From Camelus ferus (taxonomy: Eukaryota): a stretch of DNA of 64,000 nt. Below are positions 1 to 13,339 of the stretch, in pieces. The position numbers and the translations under genes are program-made. Every line of letters starts with the position of its first letter. Within the stretch, counting starts at the first letter, position 1. The DNA is taken from contig NC_045697.1 in assembly GCF_009834535.1 (NCBI RefSeq), positions 31,002,001 to 31,066,000 of the forward strand. Direction: 5' to 3'. The notes under the pieces are model-generated. The model had not been told where the DNA came from, searched no databases, and saw nothing but the letters and a program-made list of their open reading frames with translations.

Positions 1-129
1 AAGCTTATATGGTTGATTAGGTCTCATTTGTTTTTAGAACATCAGATCACCTTGCAGACATCTAAACACACTAAAATTACATATGTGTAGGGGAAAAATA
101 TTCAAAAGATAAAGTAGTATACATAGCAT

Positions 130-500
130 ATTTGTGGTTATCTGAGGTGATGGGTTGGGGTAGGGGGAATAAGATGAATGCAGTCAAAAGGTACAAACTT
201 CCAGCTTTAAAATAAATAAGTACTAGGGATATAATGTGTAGCATGACAAATACAATTAGCATTGCTGTATGTTATATATGAGAGTTGTTAAGAGAGTAAA
301 TCCCAGGAGTTCTCATCACAAGAAAAACATTTTTTCTTTCCTCTTTTATTTTGTACCTATATGAGATGATGGATGTTCACTAAAGTTACTGTGGAAATCA
401 CTTCATGATGTATGTAAGCCAATCATTACGCCGTACACCTTAAATTTATACAGTGCTACATGTCATTTATATCTCAGTAAAACTGTAAGGAGAAGAAAAA
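130..500 (+). mobile_element. L1 (L1MA9/10-like) 3' UTR fragment
   Basis: GTCAAAAGGTACAAACTTCCAG...GTTCTCATCAC...TACACCTTAAATTTATACAGTG...CTCAGTAAAACTG followed by an A-rich end. Confidence 0.8.
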
Positions 501-1539
501 GATTAAAGTAATACAGTAAGGGGTGTTTTGAATTGTGATTTGATTCTGTCTGCTTTAATGGGAGTTGGACCAATTTACATTGTGTGAATTTATCCCAGTG
601 ATATTTCGTTATCCATCAGACATCAGTGTCCCAGGCAACCACCTGGCTAATCTGCCCATCAATCCAGCTCAAGATAAAAGTTACTTATTTTGTTTTTTCC
701 TTGTCTAGCTTTCCTCTTCTAAATTATGTTTTACTTGGTTCTTATGTTTAATCTCTGTTTACATTTTTGCTGTTTTATTGCATGTAGTCTGTTATAGTCA
801 TATTAAATTTTTGTGGAAAGTGATAAGGCATAAAACAAATAATATTGGCTGTTTCAATCTATCTTGCCTGTCTCCTTTGTTTTATCTCTTCCATCTGCCT
901 CAAGTGATCAGAATTCTGATGAGATGGTTGCCTGACACCTCCCTGTTGTCTTGACATTTACTCTTGGCTCTAATCTGACTATCAACTATGTCTCCATAGA
1001 GAAATGGGTGCTCAGACTGCAGGGTGTGTGTGAAGACTCTGACCTTCCCAGGAGCTGGACATTTAGGCTAAGTTTCAATTCTGTGTCTGGAAGTTGGCAT
1101 GGGAGGAAAATCTGAATTCTTTTGTTCCTGAAGAGAGATTGTAACTCTGATGTCTGTGGATCCCCAAGAGGAAGAGCCTTGTCATTTTATTCATGCCATA
1201 CCAGGAGGACCTGCTGATTGTCAAGGCTCTGGAGGGGCATTGCGATCATCCTCCTGTCGGAGATCAGCAATCAAGCTTTTCTCTGTGTTTGCAGAAGGAA
1301 CTGGAGAGTTTCCGGTTTCACATCCCTGTCTGTGACGAGCCCTACATCCGAGCACTTGTGGGTTCCCATCACATCCCAGGTACTCCTTTAGCTTGGTGTG
1401 TAAACAAACTCAGGGTATGTGTATGCAAAGGAAATAATTGCAATCTAAGGGGACCCAGCACCAGTGTCTTTGAGGTAAAACAAGGAGACGGACAGACAGA
1501 CAGAGGGAGACAGAGAAAATGGATAAAAAGAATAGGAAA

Positions 1540-1980
1540 GCTTTAATACAGTAATTAAACTGTTAGAGCAAACAGATAAATATTCGAATGACCACAACAC
1601 AATGTTTTTAAAGAAGACTCAAGAAGATTCCATTACAGCTTAATAAAGACTTTCTGAAACTTAAAAATCTGATTATATTTAAATTTAGAAACTGAGTGAA
1701 TGAATTAAGGAGAGATTAGTCACTATAGAGATCATCCTTGAGAGTCAAGTAGAAGACACATTTTAAAACAGCAAAAATACAAAGAGAATGAAATCATGAG
1801 GAAGAAGTTACAGAATTTTGAGGCAGCAGCAAGAGTTCTAAAGTATGGAGAGAATAGAGATTCTTAAAAGGGGGGAAAAGAACACATCAAAGGAAACATA
1901 ACAATCAAAATAACAATTGGGAAAAATCACGTTGGATTGAAAAGACTTGCAGATTCAGATTGAAACTGTCCACGCAGAGT
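1540..1980 (+). mobile_element. Ancient HAL1/L1M ORF1-like fragment
   Basis: A-rich, coiled-coil-coding-like sequence with ATGAGGAAGAAGTTACAGAATTTTGAGG and CAGATTGAAA motifs typical of decayed L1 ORF1. Confidence 0.45.
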
Positions 1981-3535
1981 TGATGTCCGTTCCTTTCCAT
2001 CCTAGCTGAGAGCTGGAGAGGAGAGGGAGAGAGAGCAAACGAGTTGTTGGATGCTGGCTTGGCTTTTCGTCCCTCCCTCCACTGGCACTCCTTTGGGGAG
2101 TACACAGTGCTCTTGCCATGTGATGGAGCAATCTTGATATTCTCTGAAAACACTATTGTGGTCACACCTTCAACTTCTCACGTGACATATCAGCCCTTGT
2201 TCCATTGGCTTCTAGTGAATGAGACATTTGTGTATAAGCACAACTGCTGTATAAGACAGTGGTTCCTGTTATATGGATTATTTTGAGCTGCTATGCACTC
2301 TGGTGCGTTGGGATATACAAAATGGGCCTGAGAACTAGGTTTGGGTTGGGAAGTGAGGAGAATGAATTTCTCTGCAATTAGGAAGAATTTGGCAAGTCAG
2401 AAACAATCTAGAAAGGAGGGGTGAGATGGCCTGTAGCAGGGATTTGATGTGATGTAAAGTATCCAGTGAAAACTCCTGCAGGAAATTGGCCCAGAGACAA
2501 TAATAAAGACATCTAATGTCCGATGTTCAGTTTGAAACGGTGTTTCTGTGCCATAAACCCTTCAGGCTCCGCCCCTCCCTCATGGTCATTGAAATCTATG
2601 ATAATTGTGAATACCACTCTATATATTTGAAGCGGAAAGAGATTTATTACCGCAAAATAGGTGCTTAGAAAGTAACTGGAGAAACTAAAGGAAGAGGTCT
2701 AGGTTGGGTTTCTAGAAACATCTTTAGAAAGACTGTGTCAGGGTCCCACCAGGTGAGCCATTGTGTCTGACGCCACTAACACAGCCTTGATGGAAACAAG
2801 AAGTCTCCACTCTCACCAAACCTGCCTCTCAACCCATAGAACCAGAGGAAGGACACTAGAATGCTGGTGAAGAGAGATCTTACATGTCCATGGCTTTCTT
2901 GATGGCAGCCCTAGGCAAGAGTCTCAGGATACGGTGTTCACAGTATTTCTGCCTTTGGAATCTTATGAAGAGGCCTCTGATTCGCAGAACCTAATTTGCT
3001 TCTAGACTATAGCACCTGGAAGATAACTTGGTGCAAAAGTCAAGAGAGGCAAACCAGAGAGTGAAGCACCCTGGTTTCAAGGGCCAGGGAAGTGGGGACG
3101 GAGATGATTGGTATTAGTAGCACAGTAAGTAGTGGGGCGGGAAGATGATTCATAGCAGGCAGCTGTGGGGAGCGGGTTCTGAGGGACGAGAAGTCGTGAT
3201 GCCTCAGTGTAGATTACTGTTGTCTTTGGGTGACGTGGATTGTCTTAAGGTGCTTTTGGATGACTTAGAGCCAGGATGATGGCTCATGGAATGACTAAAC
3301 TACCCCCTATAACCCAACTGATGGCAAACATTAAGGATCTACCATGACCCACTATTTTCTGGGCCTTAGAGTCTTTAACTAAGCTCTTCAGTAATTCAAT
3401 TTACTGATGACTGACTGGAGTTGGCACTAAGAGAGAAATGAAACCTATTTGCTACCTTGCTTGTCAAAACTTGTGAAACAACCGTACTTAGTCCCACTGA
3501 CTGCACTACCACAGAGCTGTAATTGTTTGAAACTT

Positions 3536-6500
3536 TAAAAATTTTTATTTTATCTATTGAAGTGTAGTCAGTTTACAATATTGTGTCAATTTCTGGTGTA
3601 CAGCATAATGCTTCAGTCGTGCATGGAGATATATATATTCCTTTTCATACTCTTTTTCACTAGAGGCTACTACAAGATACTGAGTACAGTTCCCTGTGCT
3701 ATACAGAAGAAACTTGTTGTTTATCTGTTTTATATATAGTAGTTAGTATCTGCTAATCTCTAACTCTCAATTTACCCCTTCCCACCCTCCTTCCCCCACT
3801 GGTAACCATAAATTTGTTTTCTATATCTGTGAATCTGTTTCTGTTTTGTAAATATGTTCATTTGTGCTTTTTTTTTTTTTAGATTCCACATATGAGTGAC
3901 ATCATATGGTATTTTTCTTTCTCTTTCTGGTTTACTTCACTTAGAATGACGATCTCCATGTCCATCCATGTTGCTGCAAATGGCATTATTTTATTATTTT
4001 TTATGGCTGAGTAGTATTCCATCATATAAATGTACCACAGCTTCTTTATCCAGTCATCTGTTGATGGACATTTAGTTTGTTTCTGTGTCTTGGCTATTGT
4101 AAATAGTGCTGCTATGAACATTGGGGTGTATGTCTCTTTTTGAATTAAAGTTCCCTCCAGATATATGCCTAGGAATGAGATTGCTGGATCATATATGGTA
4201 AGTCTATTTTTAGTTTTCGGAGGAATCTCTATACTGCTTTCCATAATGGCTGCACCAAACTACATTCCCACCAGTAGTGTGGGAGGGTTCCCTTTTCTCC
4301 ACATTCTCTCCAGCATTTACCCTTTGTGGTCTTTTAATGATGGCCATTCTGACTGGTGTGAGGTGATATCTCATTGTAGTTTTGATTTGCATTTCTCTGA
4401 TAATTAGTGATAATGAACATTTTTTAATGTGCCTATTGGCCATTTGTATATCTTCATTGGAGAATTGCTGTTTAGGTCTTCTGCCCATTTTTGGATTGGG
4501 TTTTTTGTTTTTTTGTTATTAAGTTGTATGAGCTGTTTATATATTCTGAAAATTAAGCTTTTGTCAGTTGCATCATTTGCTAATATTTTATCCCATTCTG
4601 TAGCTTGTCTTTTTGTTTTGCTTATGATTTCCTTTGCTGTGCAAAAGCTTACAAATTTAATTAGGTTCTGTTTGTTTATTTTTGCTTTTATTTCTATTGC
4701 CTGGGTAGACTGCCCAAGGAGAACATTGCTAGGATTTATGTCAGAGAATGTTTTACTTATGTTTTCTTCTAGGAGGTTTATCCTGTCTTGTCTTATGTTT
4801 AAGCCTTTATGCCATTTTAAGTTTATTTTTTGTGTATGGTGTGAGGGAGTGTTCTAACTTCATTGATTTACATGCAGCTGTCTGGTTTTCCCAACACCGC
4901 TTGCTGAAGAGACTGTCTTTTCTCCATTGTATATTCATTGCCTCTTTGTCAAAGATTAATTGACCATTAAGTCTGTGGGTTTATTTCTGGGCTTTCTTTT
5001 CTCTTCCATTTATCTGCATGTCTATTTTTGTGCCAATACCACACTGTTTTGATTACTGTATATCCATAGTATTGTCTAAAGTCTGGGAAGGTTATTCCTT
5101 CAGCTTCATTTTTTTTTTTTTTTTTCAGTATTGCTTTGGCAACTCTGGGTCTTTTGTGATTCCATATAAATTTTAGGATTATTTTTTGTAGTTCTGTGAA
5201 AAATGTCCTGGGTAATTTGATAGGGATAGCATTAAATCTGTAGATTGCTTTGGGTAGTGTGGTCATTTTAACAATATCAATTCTTACAATACAAGAGCAT
5301 GGGATATCTTTCCATTTCTTTAAGTCATCTTTAATTTCTTTAATCAGTGTTCTGTAGTTATCTGTGTATAAGTCTTTCACCTCCTTGGTCAGATTTATTT
5401 GTAAGTATTTTATTTTATTTTTTGATGTGATTTTAAAAGGGATTATTTCTTTACTTTTCTTTTCTGATATTTCATTGTTAGTGTAAAGAAATCCAACTGG
5501 TTTCTGTGTGTTAATCTTGTATCCTACTACTTTGCCAAATTCTTTTATCAGCTCTAGTAGTTTTACAGGGGGAGCTTTTAGGTTTTTCTATATATAGTAT
5601 CATGTCATCAACATATAGTGACTGTTTTACCTCTTCTTTTCCAATTTGGATTACTTTTATTCCTCTTTCTTGTTTGATTGCTATGGCTAGGACTTAAATA
5701 GAAGTGGTGAGAGTGGGCATCCTTGTCTTGTTTTGGCATGAAGGCTTTCAGCTTTTCACCATTGAGTATTATGCTGGCTGTGGGTTTGTCATAAATAGCT
5801 TTTATTATGTTGAGATGTTCCCTCTATACCCATTTTGGTAAGAGTTTTTTTTTTTTTTTTTTAATCACAAATGGGTGTTGAATTTTACCCAGTGCTTTTT
5901 TCTGCATCTACTGAGATTATCATGTGATTTTTGTCCTTTCTCTTGTTAATGTGGTGTTTCACATTGATTGATTTGTGTATGTTGAACCATCCTTGTGTCA
6001 CTGGGATGAATCTAACTTGATCATAGTATATGATCTTTTATGTGTTGTTGGATTCTGTTTGCTAATATTTTGTTAAGGATTTTTACATCTCTGTTCATCA
6101 ACAATATTGGCATGTAAATTTTTTTTTTTTTTTTTTGGTAGTGTCTTTGTCTGGTTTTGGTATCAGGGTGATGGTGGCTTCATAGAATGAATTTGTAAGT
6201 ATTCCGTCCCTCTTCAGTCTTTTGGAAGAGTATGAGCAGGATAGGTCTGAGTTCTTCTTTGTATGTTTGGTAGAATTCCACAGTGAAGCCATCTGATCCT
6301 GGACTTTTGTTTGCAGGGAGATTTTTTATTGCTGATTTTATTTCACTTCTAGTGATTAGTTTATTCAAATGATCTACTTCTTCTTGATTAAGTTTTGGTG
6401 GACTGTATGTTTCTAGAAATTTGTCCATTTTTTCTAGGTTGTCCAATTTGTTGCCATATAGTTTTTCATAGTATTCTCTTGGTTTGTTTTTTTGTTTGTT

Positions 6501-7793
6501 TTTTGTATTTCTGTGGTGCCAATTGTAATTTCTCCATTTTCCTTTCTTATTTTGTTTATTCATGTCCTCTCTCTTTCCTTCTTGGTGAGCCTGTCCAGAG
6601 GTTTTTCAATTTTGTTTACCCTTTCAGAAAACCAGCTCTAGAGGGAAGGGTAATATCTCAGTGGTAGAGAGCATGCTTAGCATGCTTGAGGTCCTAAGTT
6701 CAATCCCCAGTACCTCCATAAAAACAACACAAAAGAAAACAAAAACAAAAACCAACAACAACAACAAAACAACCCAGCTCTTGGTTTGATTGATTTTTTT
6801 CTCTTTTTTTTAAATCTCTATTTCCTCCCTGATCCTTATTATTTCTTTCCCTCTGCTGACCTTAGGTTTTGTTAGTCCTTTTTCTAATTCTTTTAAGTGA
6901 TGGATTAGGTTGTTTATTTTAGATTGTTCTTGTTTTCTGAGGAAGGCCTATATCATTATGAATTTCCTTCTTAGGGCTGCTTTTGCTGCATCCCATAGAT
7001 TTTGTGTGGTTGTGCTTTCATTGCCATTTGTCTCAAAATATTTTAAAATTTCTTCTTTGATTTCATCATTCACTCGTTGGTTTTTTAGTAGCATGTTGTT
7101 TAGTCTCCATGCAGTCTTTTATTTATCTTTTTTGTGTGTGACTGATTTCTAGTTTCATGCTATTGCGGTCAGAAAAGATGCTTGAAATAGTTTCTATCCT
7201 CGCATTTGTTGAGGCTTCTTTTGTGTCTGAGTATGTGGTCTATCCTAAGAGAATGTTATGTGCACACTTAAAAATCATGTATATTCTGTTTTTTGAGGAT
7301 GGAGTGTCCTAAAAATATCAACTAAGTCCAACAGTTCTATTGTGTCATTTAGTATCTCCATTGCCTCATTGATTTTCTGTGTGGAAGATCTGTCCAATGA
7401 AGTTAGTGGGGTGTTAAAGTCTCCTACTATTATTGTGTTCCCATCAGTTTCTCCCTTTATATCTATTTGTTTTATGTATTTGGGTGCTCCTGTATTGGGT
7501 GCTTATATGTTAATGAGTGTAATAGCCTCTTCTTGTATTGCTCTTTTTATCATTATATAGTGTCCTTTATCTTTCTTTATGGCCTTTGTTTTAAAGTCTA
7601 TTTTGTCTAATATGAGTATTGCTACTCCTACTTTCTTGTTCTTTCCATTTGCATGAAATATCTTCTTCCATCATTTCACTTTCAATCTGTGTGTGTCCTT
7701 CACCTTAAAGTGGGTCTCTTGTAGGCAGCATATTGTAGGCTCTTGTTTTATTATACAATCTGCCACTCTTTGTCTTTTGATTGGAGCATTTAT
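3536..7793 (-). mobile_element. 5'-truncated cetartiodactyl L1: almost all of ORF2 (disrupted) plus 3' UTR
   Basis: Minus-strand ORF2 fragments: endonuclease start LNAPIKR..CCLQETH near 7790, KSPGSDGFT (6180-6563), [33 protein letters not shown] (4967-5380), [11 protein letters not shown], and C-terminus MSLICGI* ending at 3879. A T-rich tail is at ~3540. Many frameshifts and stops. Decayed TSD ATTGTTTGAAACTT / ATCATTTAAAACTT. Confidence 0.96.
6640..6773 (+). mobile_element. Vic-1-type tRNA-derived SINE nested in the L1
   Basis: GGGAAGGGTAATATCTCAGTGGTAGAGAGCATGCTTAGCATGCTTGAGGTCCTAAGTTCAATCCCCAGTACCTCC with A/B boxes and an (A/C)-rich tail. TSD CCAGCTCT at 6632-6639 and 6774-6781. Confidence 0.92.
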
Positions 7794-8187
7794 TATCATT
7801 TAAAACTTGATGACCAAAACCAATGGTCTGCCCACAGGGCTAGAGACCATATATATTTCATATTTATAAAATTTATCAGGAGGCAGTGACTATCTGTGTA
7901 GGACTATAGTTAGAAAACAACAAGCAAAAAGGAAAAGATACTAGGAAAGGGAGCTTGGGCATAAACTGCCTATGCTTCAGAATAGTAGGTAGTCTATTCC
8001 AAGAGGCAGAGGGTCTATAATTGAACCATTAGTTGAAGTGACTTAACTTTAGTACTTCTAATTATTATGCTGTTCCCTATTGTTGATAGTCTTAAGAAAC
8101 TTGTTTTTATCTTATGAAAAAAGGTCTGAAGAAGCAAATGTAAGTGTGCTAATGAAATGCTAAAAAAACTTTCCTATGTGGCATAAG

Positions 8188-8623
8188 TATGTTATATATG
8201 TCTCCCCAAAATTCACATGTCCTAACTCCCAGTAGCTGAGAATATGACCTTATTTGGAAACAGGGCCATTGCAGATATAATTAGTTAAGTCATTAAGGTG
8301 GACCCTAATCTAATGTGACTGGTGTTCTTATAAAAAGGGAAATTATGGGCACAGATAATACACACAGGGAGAACATCATGTGACCATGAAGCCAGAGACT
8401 GGGGTGGTGCTTAGACAAGTCAAGGTATGCCAAAGATTATTAGCAAACCACTAGAAACTAAAGGAGAGGCGTGGAGCAGATTCTTCTTTGCAGCCCCTAG
8501 GAGGAATCAACTCTGCTGACTCACTGATCTCAGACTTCTAGCCTCCAGAAATGTGAGATAGAAAATTTCTGGGTTTTTTTGTCACCCAGTTTGTAGTACT
8601 TAGTTACGGTGGCAAACAAATAC
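8188..8623 (+). mobile_element. MaLR solo LTR (MLT1B/C-like)
   Basis: TGTCTCCCCAAAATTCACATGT...GACCTTATTTGGAAACAGGG...CAGACTTCTAGCCTCCAGAAATGTGAG...CACCCAGTTTGTAGTACTT are hallmark MLT1 motifs. Confidence 0.88.
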
Positions 8624-10069
8624 CAATTATAAGAATTTTTTAAAAAGCATATAAAGAATATTGAATTGATAGAGTAAAAATTAAGAAAAGTGAACACAGT
8701 GATATTATGTATACTATGCATACACTCAGGGGCCAGCCAGCACCTTGGAAACTTTGGCCACAAATTGCAATATGAGTGAACCAGCTGTAAGAAAATTCTA
8801 TGCTGTTATAAATCAATGAATTGAAAAAAGATATTTAGCCTCTTAGGAGTGATATGAAAAACTTCGAGTAGAAATGGAACATATGAAAGCAACCCTCTAC
8901 CAAAAGAGCACGAGGCAGTAAAGGAAGGTGAATCAGAAAGAGAAGGTTAGTGTCATTTCAAAAGCTGTATGTGAGCATATTGCTTCATTTCTGACCCAAA
9001 ATATCCCCTGTGGTATCATCATAAAAAAGATAATCAACTTTAGGGGAATGTCTAGAATGAAAATTACCAGGACTTTTGACATTTAGATTTTCATGTGAAA
9101 TTGGGCCTGCTTCCAAGTGGACATTAAAAACAGGCTGGTGCATGTAGTCCAGTGGTTTCTGCCCCCGAGGTATGAAGAGGCCACATCCTTAATTCCTCCT
9201 GCAGGGGAACATGTGTTCAGTCTCTTCTCTTTCTATCCATAACCAAGTCTTACAATCAAAGCCTACAGTATTTTGTAGCACATCTAGAGTGTTTCATTCT
9301 AAATATAGGGGAAAGCGTTTTATTAATTTGTAAACCTCTAACAGCTATACTGAAAAGTTAAAAAAAATTTTTTTTGTCCTTCTGGAGTCCCCACATTTCT
9401 GAATATTTTCTGTGTATATGTATTTTTGACTAGTGTGCATACTTGGTAAGAAACTGGCAATTTCCAAAAGGAGAAGATATTTTAACTTTCCCTGTCACAC
9501 AGGAAAATCACATTATATCCACCCCTTCCCCACTACCCTGCCTGGGATAGCGTACATGCTGCCAGAGAGTACCATCTCAGTGCAGTCAGTAAAGGCTTAT
9601 GTCTAAGTAGGAAAGTATTATTTGCAGGACAATAGGAGGAATATTTTGACAATATGAGTCCAAGAAAGAAGCCAAGAACTTTTTGATGTTAATTTGAACT
9701 AGGACTCAAAAAATCTCTTGAAAAGTTATTTAAGTATTTGTATGAAAATAACTAGTAGTAGCTGTTATTTATGGACTGTTTACCACATGCCAAGCACTGT
9801 ATTAATGCCCTCATTCACTTATCACACAGACAGGATTTTTGTGAGGACTCAAATTCTGTATAGGAAAAATTTTGGTGCCCAAACTCAGGGCTAGAGTCCT
9901 CTGTCCACCAAACCACACATCACAGGCTGTATTCACATATCTGAATGTCCTAACATACCAATAAATATTATTAAGAAACCCTAAATATTTTTTATTTATT
10001 AAAATTAATTATGACAGACAGTGAGACTTAGAATGTTCTGCTCTCCGGAATATAAGAGTTTAGTATAGT

Positions 10070-10530
10070 TGTTACTGAAATTGGGGCAGACAGGGTCCTC
10101 AGTTCAATGATATGTTAAGACTTAAATTGCATTGTGTTTGTCCAAAACCTCGGGAGCTTCCCTGGTAGAATTTGAAATTACCCCCAACACACACAAAGGG
10201 CAAGGGGAGACCAAAGGAAGAGGCAAGCCACTGCTGATTGGCAGGTAGCAGTTTTAATAAGCAAGGGAACTTACCTATGAGGCTTGCCTTGGGCAGCCCT
10301 AAAATGAGTAGATCTCCACACCCACCCACTAGAATCTTAAAAGTTTATATAGAGGTTTTAACTGGGTTCAGTCGCATATACCATCCAGATGGCCTCAACA
10401 ACGCATTACTATCTCAAGGCTGCATCCTTGAAAGGGCTCCAGCTGGGGGCGGGGTGAGGAGTCTACCATTGTCCAGGTCCAGCTCATGGGTCAACTGACA
10501 GTCACGTCCTCGCAATGACCTCCTCCAACT
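10070..10530 (-). mobile_element. Solo LTR, probably ERV1-type
   Basis: Starts TGTTAC and ends CCAAC(T). The minus strand has a TATA-like TATATAAAC (~10345) followed by an ATTAAA poly(A) signal (~10255). Confidence 0.65.
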
Positions 10531-10629
10531 ATGAACAGACAATCACAATGTATAAATGTGTGCAGGTTATTGTAATATTAAATAGTTATTTACTAAGTTT
10601 ACATGTGTGTTTACTAAAAAAAGAGGAGG

Positions 10630-12180
10630 TACTCAGAATAATCGTTTTGACATCATTTCCAAGTTGTTAATGTAATAGCAGTTCATTCCTTTTCTGTTGC
10701 CAAGTGGTTTTCCATTGTGTGGATGGATGAACCACAATTTTTATATCCTTTGATGGACATTTGGGTTGTTTCCAGTTTTTGGCAATTACCAGAAAAGCTG
10801 CTGTGTAACATCCATGCATAAGTATTTTATGTACATATGCTCTTATTTCTTTTGGGTAAATACCTAGGATTGGAATGGCTGTGTTATATAGCAGGTGCAT
10901 GCTTAACTTAAGAGACTGTCACATGGTTTTTCAAAGTGGTGTCAGTTTACATTCCCATCAGCAGTGTGTATGAGAGTTCCAGATGCTCCATTTCCCCCAG
11001 TACTTGGTATGACCAACCAGTCTTCTTAATTTTAGACATTCTAATAGGTGTGTTTATCACATTATGGCTTTTACTTGCATTTCTCTAGTGATGGATAATG
11101 TTGAGCATGTTCATGTGCTCATCTGCATCAGTAAATCCTCTGGCAAAATGTTCGAATTATTTACTTCTTTAATTTTTTTTTTAAATTATGTTCTAATAGT
11201 CCTCTTTGTATTTGGATAAAGTACTTTATCAGATATGAGATTTTCAAATATTTTCTCCTAGCTTGTGGTTTGGTGTTTTTTGTTCTTTTAATGGCATCTT
11301 TGGAGAGCAGAAGTTCTTCATTTTGATGAAGTCCAATTTATTAATTTTTTATTTTATGGTTGTGCTTTTGAAATCTTATTTAAGAAATCTTCGCCTAACA
11401 TAAGGCACAGAGCTTTTCTCTTATGCTTTGTTTGAGAAATTTTATAGTGTTATATTTTACATTTATATCTATAATCTATTTCTGAGTTAATACTTGTATA
11501 CGTGCAAAGTATCAATTGAAGTTTATTTATATATATAGATATATGAATATCTGTTAACAAGACTATCCACTGAACTGTGTTTGAAACTTTGTAGAAAATC
11601 AATTAACTATGTATGTGTTGGTCTATTTTTGTACTCTCTGTTCTGTTCCATGGATCAATCTGTCTGTCTTGGATCCAGTACTTGTATCTAGATTATTGTA
11701 GTTTTATGATAAATTTTTAAGTAAGGTGGAAGGAATTTGTTATTTGTTTTCAAAGTTATTTTGGCTATTTTAGTTCCCTTGCATTTCTAAGTGAATTTTA
11801 GAATTGCTTATCAACTTCTACAAAACACTGCTGGAATTTTGATTGCAATTGGTTTGAATTTATGCATTCATTTTAGAAGAATGCCACATTAACTAAATTG
11901 AGTCTTTTGATCCACAGACATGACACATTTCTCCATTTAGTTAGAACTTAAATTTCTTTTCAATATTTTTTTAGTTTTCAGTGTCCATATTTTAACAATA
12001 CTTTATATTTTAATGCTATTATAAAAATATATTTTAATTGCGATGTCCAATGGTTGCTAGTAGAAATACAGTTGATTTTTGAACATGGATCTTTTATCCT
12101 GAAACCTTGAAAACTCAACTTATTAGTAGCTACATAGATTTTCTGCATAGATAGATTACCAGGGCATCTGCAAATAACTA
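10630..12180 (-). mobile_element. Old L1M (L1MC/MD-like) ORF2 3' region
   Basis: ORF 10667-10900 (AIPILGIYPKE..IAKNWKQPKCPS) is the ORF2 C-terminus. T-rich decayed ORF2 antisense sequence continues to ~12180. Confidence 0.88.
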
Positions 12181-12214
12181 GGTGTGTGTGTGGGTGGTGG
12201 GATTATGGAGGAAA

Positions 12215-12530
12215 TTTGGGATGACCATCATGTTTCTGATTTGATATCATTCATTTATAAGGATTAGAAATATAGAATTAATAATGTCTTTTGCAAGAAG
12301 AAATATGGTTAAATTTAATGCTGGATGTGTTGAATTCTAGGGTCCCCTGAGAATCCCAATGGAATATTTAGCAGGCAATCACATCTATTCTTAGGGGAGC
12401 TATTGGGAATGAAGATGTGTATTTGGGAGTCATCTCTATAGATGATGGCCTGTTTGGAGGAAAATATAAAATGAGAAGAAAAAGAAGAATATCAAGGAGA
12501 GAACTATGGGGAGCATCATGTTTAGTTTAA
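12215..12530 (-). mobile_element. L2 fragment
   Basis: GGATGTGTTGAATT...ATTTGGGAGTCATC motifs of antisense L2. Confidence 0.6.
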
Positions 12531-13339
12531 GATGGAGATACTTGGATACTTTCATGTGCTGAGACAAGACAGAAGACACCAGTTTAGAGGGAGACTCTTT
12601 AATTTCCTTTTCTTTAGTGCTTTGTTCAAAATCACTAATATCTACTTGAATCCAAGAGAAAGTATGTTGATTCCTGCAGGGGGTCATATCTCTGTCTCTG
12701 GCTTCTGTCTGGATTCAGGGTTCATGAAAATAAATTTGCTCCTCAGCCTGACAGTGCATTTCTGAAACTATAAATCTGAGACACAGGTTCCATGTGATGG
12801 TGAGTCCACCTGTATGTCCTCCTTGTTTAAAGAAAGGTTTTTAGTAGAATAACTTCTTTATAGTTACAGAAATAATGCACATGCATTATAGAAAACTAGA
12901 ACACAAAACAAGAAAAATTTAAAGAAATGTCCCTTTCCTATTCCATCAGGGATCATCAGCATTAATACCTCAGTACACATTAATATTGTACATCCTGTTT
13001 TGTAAGCTTCTTTTCTTAGTCAATGATCCTCATCTTTCCTGTTCAGTAAATTTTTATCTCATCTAATACCCGGATCATATTCACATTTCCACAGTTGGCT
13101 ATAAAATGTCCTTTACAGTTGATTTGTGTAAGTCAAGACCACACACTGTGTTTGGTTATGATGTCTCTTAGGTTATTTTAATTTGGCACTAATGCTTTTC
13201 CTTATGACCCTGACTTATCAAAGAGTTTGTTTTATATCAGACTCAAAGATTTAGTTTCTTAAAAAAGCAGGCAGCCTATTTTCATGGAGTTGTTCATTGA
13301 AAAATATGATTATAACAAAAGCCAGTAATCTACTCATCA

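Larger units (their letters stand above)
3040..9110 (+). pseudogene. Possible decayed processed pseudogene (unidentified), in three pieces: ~3040-3535, ~7808-8175, ~8625-9110
   Basis: G-rich decayed 5' part with AAGATG, then coding-like sequence whose stops are compatible with C>T decay, e.g. SEPAVRKFYAVINQ*IEKRYLAS*E*YEKLRVEMEHMKA near 8775-8895. Parent gene not recognised. Confidence 0.3.

Noticed and set aside
1193..1546. 117-aa ORF
   Set aside because: No recognisable homology; it ends in a GA-rich simple repeat and decayed L1-like sequence.
3879..7560. Many ORFs on both strands, up to 142 aa
   Set aside because: Broken L1 ORF2 fragments and their hydrophobic antisense frames, not host genes or an active element.
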